Source: Candidatus Bathyarchaeota archaeon (lineage in GTDB: Archaea > Thermoproteota > Bathyarchaeia > Bathyarchaeales > Bathycorpusculaceae). From it: DNA of 64,000 bases. The notes under the pieces were generated by a model that ran no database searches, had not been told where the DNA came from, and worked only from the letters and a program-made list of their open reading frames with translations. The position numbers were made by a program, and so were the translations under genes. The stretch spans positions 32,001 through 96,000 of the forward strand of contig OY970176.1 in assembly GCA_963707955.1 (NCBI GenBank), in the 5' to 3' direction. This document shows positions 58,822 to 64,000 of this stretch, in pieces (the first letter of the stretch is position 1; each line of letters opens with the position of its first letter).

Positions 58822-59967
58822 CTAGTCCTTCAGTTTCTTGATTTCTTCTATGAGCTTGTCAATTTCTTCCTCTGTGTTGTAAAAATGTGGTGAGACCCTT
58901 ATTCCATTGGCTCTAGCAGACACGACTATGCCTTTCTTGTTCAGCCTATCCGTTACCTTCTGCGGTTTTCCAATCTTGAAGTTCACTATTCCAGAGCGGC
59001 ATTGCTTCTGTTCCGGCGTTTGAAGTTCAAGCCCTAGATCCTTGACTGAATCTATCAGACGATCTGTAAGCTTGATGATTATTCGTTTGACATTTTCAGT
59101 TCCGCAGTTCAGCAGCATCTTCATCGCTTCCGCCGCGCCCACGAAGCTTATCGTTGACGGCGAGCCCACTTCGAAACGACTTGCCGTCTTAGAGAGTTTC
59201 AGGTTCCAGATGTCCCAAAAATCTGTCGTTTTAAATACCTCTGGCCTCACACTTGCCCAACCGACGTAGGGTGGTTCAAACTCTTCAATGAGTTCGTCCT
59301 TCACGTACAGGTAGGCTGCTCCTGAAGGGCTCAGCAGCCACTTGTAGCAGGCGGCCATGAGGAAGTCAACATCATCAGTTTTGACGTTGATCGGCATGGT
59401 TCCAACAGATTGTATTGCGTCAACGATTAGGTAGGCTCCGTGTTCATGGGCCACTTCGCTTAGAACTCGCAGGTTGTGGCGGAAACCGTTGACGTATTCA
59501 ACGTGGCTTATAGCAACGGCAACAGTCTTATCGTCAACAGCCTTTTCCATGTCGTCCAACGATACTTTTCCGTCGACGCTCTTGACATAGTGGACTTTTG
59601 CCCCGAGGTTCTTGCGGAGCCAAGGATAAACCACAGAAGGATACTCCAAGTCTGTCGTGACCATCTTCGAACCTGGCGGGTATTGAAGGACGCTTGCGGC
59701 TATGTTCAAGCCTACCGAGGTGTTTTCGATCAGCGCTATTTCCTCAGACCTAGCGCCGATGAGTTTGGCGAAGTGGGGTTTGCCCCACCTGTCACATTCG
59801 ATCAAGCTTGTTCCAAACTTGGAGAAGTCATCTGTGTATCTGTGAATCGCATCAGCGACTGGTTTGGGCAGTGGAGACTGCGCGGCATGATTCAAAAAGA
59901 CTTTGCTCTCGGTGATTGGAAACTGTTCACGGATTTTCCGGACATTATCCATACGATCTACGCCCAC
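58822..59967 (-). CDS. Class V PLP aminotransferase (cysteine desulfurase/kynureninase-like)
   Basis: FLNHAA, DAIQSVG, YKWLLSP and RVSPHFYN motifs. Confidence 0.88.
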   Translation of the reverse strand: MGVDRMDNVRKIREQFPITESKVFLNHAAQSPLPKPVADAIHRYTDDFSKFGTSLIECDRWGKPHFAKLIGARSEEIALIENTSVGLNIAASVLQYPPGSKMVTTDLEYPSVVYPWLRKNLGAKVHYVKSVDGKVSLDDMEKAVDDKTVAVAISHVEYVNGFRHNLRVLSEVAHEHGAYLIVDAIQSVGTMPINVKTDDVDFLMAACYKWLLSPSGAAYLYVKDELIEEFEPPYVGWASVRPEVFKTTDFWDIWNLKLSKTASRFEVGSPSTISFVGAAEAMKMLLNCGTENVKRIIIKLTDRLIDSVKDLGLELQTPEQKQCRSGIVNFKIGKPQKVTDRLNKKGIVVSARANGIRVSPHFYNTEEEIDKLIEEIKKLKD

Positions 59968-60052
59968 TGCTATGCTGGCAAGCCTAGACTATTAGCTTCT
60001 GAGTATTAAAGCCTCAAGGTTTACGCGGGGCCATTGGCAATGTTTTTGGCGC

Positions 60053-61150
60053 CTATTGTAAGCCTGAAATCGAGAAGCCTTCGAAACACGCCCAGTTTTT
60101 TCTCAGCAGTCTCTTCAGCTCGTCAATAGTGTTTGCGACGATGCGCCGACAGTCAGGGGGACTCTTCGGCGGAGCATAGGGCTCCGTGACAGTCATCTTC
60201 TCTATGCCGACTATGCCTGCTACGAGCGCGTACCAGCAGAGCGGCAGAACTTTCGGGTTGTATCCGCTTCCAGGCATCATCACGAGCTTTCCACCACAGA
60301 CTCTATCTGCAGTCTCTCTGATCACGTTGGACAGTTCAAAAAAGCCGTTGACAGTCAACGCTAAGCCTCCGAGCGTGTCTGCAAAATGTGGGTCGCTTCC
60401 TCCGTTGGTGATGATGATCTCGGGCTTGAACTCCTCTGCCAACGGGACAAAAATCTCATTTAACGCGTACAGATACGTGCTGTCGCCCGTTCCCGGTGGC
60501 AACGGTACGTTGACGTTGTAGCCTTCTCCTCTTCCTTCTCCGATCTGCCAGGTGAAGCCTGTTCCAGGATAGATCGTTCTCGGGTCCTGATGCAAAGATA
60601 TGTAGAGCACCGTTGGGTCATCGTAGTAGATGCTGCTCGTACCGTTTCCAAAGTGAACATCATGGTCCAGGATCAAAAACCTTCGAACACCGTGTTCAGC
60701 TCTCAAGTACTCAGTCAGAACTGCGACATCATTGAACAAGCAGAATCCTCCTCCGTAGTTTTTTCCAGCGTGATGATAACCCCCACCTAGGGAAACTGCT
60801 CTTCCAGCTCTATTCTCAACAACTGCCTTGCCGCATTCAATTGCGTTCCCACAGACAATTAGTGCTGCTTCAAGAATCTCTGGAGAGACAGGTGTCTCAA
60901 TATCGTAAGCTCTGTCCTCTTTTGCGAGGCCAAAGATCAAGTCGACGTATTCCTCATCGTGAACCCTCAACAAGTCTTTTCGAGAGGCTGGCTCAGGTTG
61001 AACAAGAACGATTCCAGGATGGCTGAACAAGCCTTGTGCACGAAAGAATTCCATTGCGTTAACAAAGCGGTCGCCTCTGAACGGATGCCCTTCGCCCAGA
61101 TCGTACTGTTTCATTTTTTCATGAAAACCGATGATGATCCTCTCAGCCAA
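60053..61150 (-). CDS. Histone deacetylase family protein
   Basis: HPF, GGYHHAG, GGFC, DHDVHFGNGT and GSGY motifs. Confidence 0.9.
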   Translation of the reverse strand: MAERIIIGFHEKMKQYDLGEGHPFRGDRFVNAMEFFRAQGLFSHPGIVLVQPEPASRKDLLRVHDEEYVDLIFGLAKEDRAYDIETPVSPEILEAALIVCGNAIECGKAVVENRAGRAVSLGGGYHHAGKNYGGGFCLFNDVAVLTEYLRAEHGVRRFLILDHDVHFGNGTSSIYYDDPTVLYISLHQDPRTIYPGTGFTWQIGEGRGEGYNVNVPLPPGTGDSTYLYALNEIFVPLAEEFKPEIIITNGGSDPHFADTLGGLALTVNGFFELSNVIRETADRVCGGKLVMMPGSGYNPKVLPLCWYALVAGIVGIEKMTVTEPYAPPKSPPDCRRIVANTIDELKRLLRKNWACFEGFSISGLQ

Positions 61151-61254
61151 TTGCAGAACATCCTCAACCCGAAATGAATGCAAACCAGTATAAAATCCTG
61201 CATGGCCCGTGTGGACACGTTTGAACAGAAAAAGAAAGGAGAATAGTGGCCTTG

Positions 61255-61863
61255 TTAAGCTTCTGGTTTTTCTTCAGCCTTAGCCTTGACTTCTGGCGAC
61301 TCAGCCTGTGCTGTACACACTACTGATTGAACCACGGTTTCCTTGCTATGCCCAGAAGGGTCTTTTTCCTCTGAAGGAGGCGACTCCTCCAAGAATCTGA
61401 CTTCTTGCTGAGTAGCTTCGCTTTCCTTGGAAACCTGTCCAGCCTCTCGGTCCATCGTCAATCCGCCACCGGCAAGCTCGTCTGCCGCTTCCTTGACTTC
61501 GTCTAGTTCACGTTTCGTCGTTTCAAGTCCCACAGAAAGAAGGTCGTTCTCCCGCTGATAGACCTGATCATCTATCTCGCCTGTCACATGTCCAATCTCA
61601 AAGTTGGCTAGAAGAACCTCCAGAGTTTTCACCTGTCCCTCGAGTTCGACTACTTTAGCAGCCATCTTTTCCAACAAAGCCTTTTCTTCCTTCTCGACTT
61701 CAGCGAGTGCATCTTCTATCTCTTGATTGAACACGTCGAAAGTCGACTGCGAAATTCTGTCCTTTTTCAGCAAATTGTCCAAAGCTTGTTTCTTTTTCCT
61801 CGCCACCTCGTATTCTTCGCTTAATCTCTTAAAAGAATGCTTCCACGAGATCAATTTCTGCAC
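61255..61863 (-). CDS. CdvA-like coiled-coil protein lacking the PRC barrel
   Basis: KKKQALDNLL..RISQSTF and EIGHVTGEIDDQVY parallel CdvA KDQALRDL..KISKEMY and ELEHEIGKLDNQSY. Confidence 0.7.
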   Translation of the reverse strand: MQKLISWKHSFKRLSEEYEVARKKKQALDNLLKKDRISQSTFDVFNQEIEDALAEVEKEEKALLEKMAAKVVELEGQVKTLEVLLANFEIGHVTGEIDDQVYQRENDLLSVGLETTKRELDEVKEAADELAGGGLTMDREAGQVSKESEATQQEVRFLEESPPSEEKDPSGHSKETVVQSVVCTAQAESPEVKAKAEEKPEA

Positions 61864-62133
61864 CTGCAACTTTCTCGATTTGAAGTGACAAATAACCTTT
61901 GTTAATATGCAGATATATCGCAGACTGTTAAAAATGGCTTCTTTCGCCATTTACTAGAAAGATTGAGGTCTAAAAACGCGATGTCTGAATGGTGTTATCT
62001 AGCTTTGAAAAGAGCAATATGTACAAGCGCTGAACGAGGCCTCGGTCACCTTCCCTTTGAAAGGAATGAACCTAATAGAAACACTAAAGAACACCTTCCC
62101 TGCCTCTCAGTAAGCGAAAGATCAGCCCAGAAT

Positions 62134-62232
62134 GGGCCCGTAGCTCAGTAAGGACAGAGCACCGGGCTTTTAAGCAAAAAGCTTTGCGTGGAAACCCGGG
62201 GGTCCCGGGTTCAATTCCCGGCGGGCCCGCCA
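62134..62232 (+). tRNA. tRNA-Lys(UUU) with 21-nt intron at canonical 37/38 (62173-62193); encoded CCA
   Basis: GGGCCCG/CGGGCCC acceptor stem, TTT anticodon at 62169-62171, GGTTCAATTCC T-arm. Confidence 0.93.
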
Positions 62233-62559
62233 TTAGACCCGAAGCCGTTTGGGTATTGGTCCCCTCGTGCAAAATCCTCATTTGGTGCAATTTCGGAAAT
62301 GCATGTGTCAATTATCTTCTCTTTCCCAGACGAAAAGGCTCTTTTTGATTCTAATGCGCGTTCCAGAAGTCGACATCGGACTTCAAAGAATACCTATTAT
62401 TCTACTTGAGATAGGGATTTTCGTAAAGGAATCTTTACCAATAGGCCTTCTACCAAAGTCAATGCGCCGATCCACGTTCCTTTAGAACGTGCCGAAAGCG
62501 CCAATTCATGGTGACAACATGCGTTTCTTTCGCAAGACCAGTCTAATAGGCCATCATAT

Positions 62560-62826
62560 TTGGATCCAAATATCCATGGTACATTGAAACCGAGGAGGGG
62601 TACCCACCACCATCCCACCTTCACACTCATACAAAAAAGACTCACCGCCATCGCAGACAAATACAGCCTCGATATGCAAAACGTCAGGTTCCAACTGATC
62701 CTCGAACTCAAAGCCCTCACCGAACTCGCACAACAAAAAGCCATAGACACTCACCTCGCGAAAGAAGAAACCAAACAAAACTGGATCCGCCTCGCCGCAT
62801 ACATCGACCAAATCATAAACGAATAG
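62560..62826 (+). CDS. Hypothetical helical protein, possibly an MGE remnant downstream of the tRNA
   Basis: A/C-skewed ORF ending NWIRLAAYIDQIINE. Confidence 0.4.
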   Translation: MDPNIHGTLKPRRGTHHHPTFTLIQKRLTAIADKYSLDMQNVRFQLILELKALTELAQQKAIDTHLAKEETKQNWIRLAAYIDQIINE

Positions 62827-63034
62827 GCAAAACCATCAGCGCTGAAGTCATCTAGAGGAATGCCTAGCGAATGGCTTCAGATATTAGTCGACAAGAGCGC
62901 GAATGAGGAAGCAATAGGGCCTGTCGCTGTCATTTGGTCGTCGTAAAGGAATGCTGTTATAGAGGATTTCTCCATAAGGCTTTATTTACAGAGAGAACTC
63001 TTAACCATGTGGTGAGGGAGAAGTAGAAGCAGGC

Positions 63035-63295
63035 TTGGAACAAGGAGGTGAACGTGTGGAGATTTCGATAAACGCAAAGCAGATAATCGCTGTGGTCTGG
63101 ACAATAATCGCTGTGGTGATATCGCTGATAATAGTGCTTGCACTGGGCTATCCCACGTTTGGCACGTACAGTGTCTTCGGTGGCCCATGGCAGTACTTGG
63201 TAGCATTGTTCTTCGGCCTCTTCTTGGTAATAACCGTTCCAGTCTACTTGCTCATAGCCCTTTGGCACATAGTTTCCAAGTGGGACACTACATAG
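63035..63295 (+). CDS. Small two-TM membrane protein
   Basis: Two TM helices; GGAGGTG SD before GTG at ~63056. Confidence 0.6.
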   Translation: MEQGGERVEISINAKQIIAVVWTIIAVVISLIIVLALGYPTFGTYSVFGGPWQYLVALFFGLFLVITVPVYLLIALWHIVSKWDTT

Positions 63296-63579
63296 GTCGG
63301 AGGGCTGCCAGTGTGCAAGCGCTGTGTTAAACACGTCGCACCGAAGTGGGTTCTATCAAGATTTCACCACAAATTGACCGAAGATTTATACCTATTCATA
63401 GACCTCTCGGTTTCTCAGATCTAATCTGCTCATCAGTGATTTGTCTAATTGAGATTATGAGTGCCGCTTTGTTCAGCTGCGTGACATTTCTAAAAAAAAT
63501 ATGCTCACGATCGGCTACTGAAGGACTACTACATAACAGATAAATGAAACCTCTGACCTACAAAAGCTCGGGATAGAAT

Positions 63580-63789
63580 TTGAGCCTTGACGAAATTGAG
63601 GCCTTCGCTAGTTCTTTGAAGAACTGTCCAAAATGCGGTTCAGGCGAAGGATTTTGGCTCGCTGCAAACCGCGAAAGGAGTTATGTCCAATGCAAGCACT
63701 GCGGCGCCATTTTGGAGTTTTGCGAGGTTCTATCACATCCAGAAAAGGCCAAAGGCTCAAAAAGCGCCTTCAGAAAACTAAGGCTATAG
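63580..63789 (+). CDS. Small zinc-ribbon protein
   Basis: CPKCG..CKHCG. Confidence 0.65.
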   Translation: MSLDEIEAFASSLKNCPKCGSGEGFWLAANRERSYVQCKHCGAILEFCEVLSHPEKAKGSKSAFRKLRL

Positions 63790-64000
63790 CGTGAGAACTG
63801 AACGTTCTGCTTTTCTCTTCTCGAACCTGATTGTTCACACAAAATCCAAAGCAAATTCGAGTTCTAAATGATAACAGGCTTAAATGCCTTGGTTCTGGAG
63901 ATGCTTTGGACCTCGGACAGACGGAAATTAAAGTCGCCTTCTCCTTTTCTTCCTCTCAGGTCAAAAGTTAACAATGTATATCTCCATTAAAACGTTTACT

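Overview
Archaeal genomic window, most consistent with Bathyarchaeia. This is inferred from a CdvABC/ESCRT-III locus together with FwdDBAC-Mch, split GMP synthase, archaeal ValS and an intron-containing tRNA-Lys. Positions 1-42.6 kb and 53-62 kb are mostly core or metabolic genes. These include a Zn/Ni ABC transporter with a NikR-family regulator and a 28-bp palindromic operator, a GDH with an unusual duplicated N-terminal extension, AOR, a TfrAB-like soluble fumarate reductase with a frameshifted flavoprotein, the Cdv genes, three paralogous nucleotidyltransferases, an H4MPT/methanofuran C1 cluster, and a TPP riboswitch upstream of thiT. Positions 42.8-53.1 kb form an accessory island and are the best candidate for an undescribed system. 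The island holds two independently diverged 3'-end fragments resembling archaeal solo/casposon-type Cas1, each followed by a co-oriented membrane-protein gene. It also holds a dispersed GGGGTAAAGTTTT/(GGGTTT)n repeat family, one copy of which appears split by a gene cassette starting at TAGCGCGCGC, and a truncated virus/plasmid replication fragment bounded by GCGCGC-type motifs. At least three genes appear to need non-canonical (ATA/ATC-type) start codons. All family assignments come from motif recognition by eye; no searches were run.
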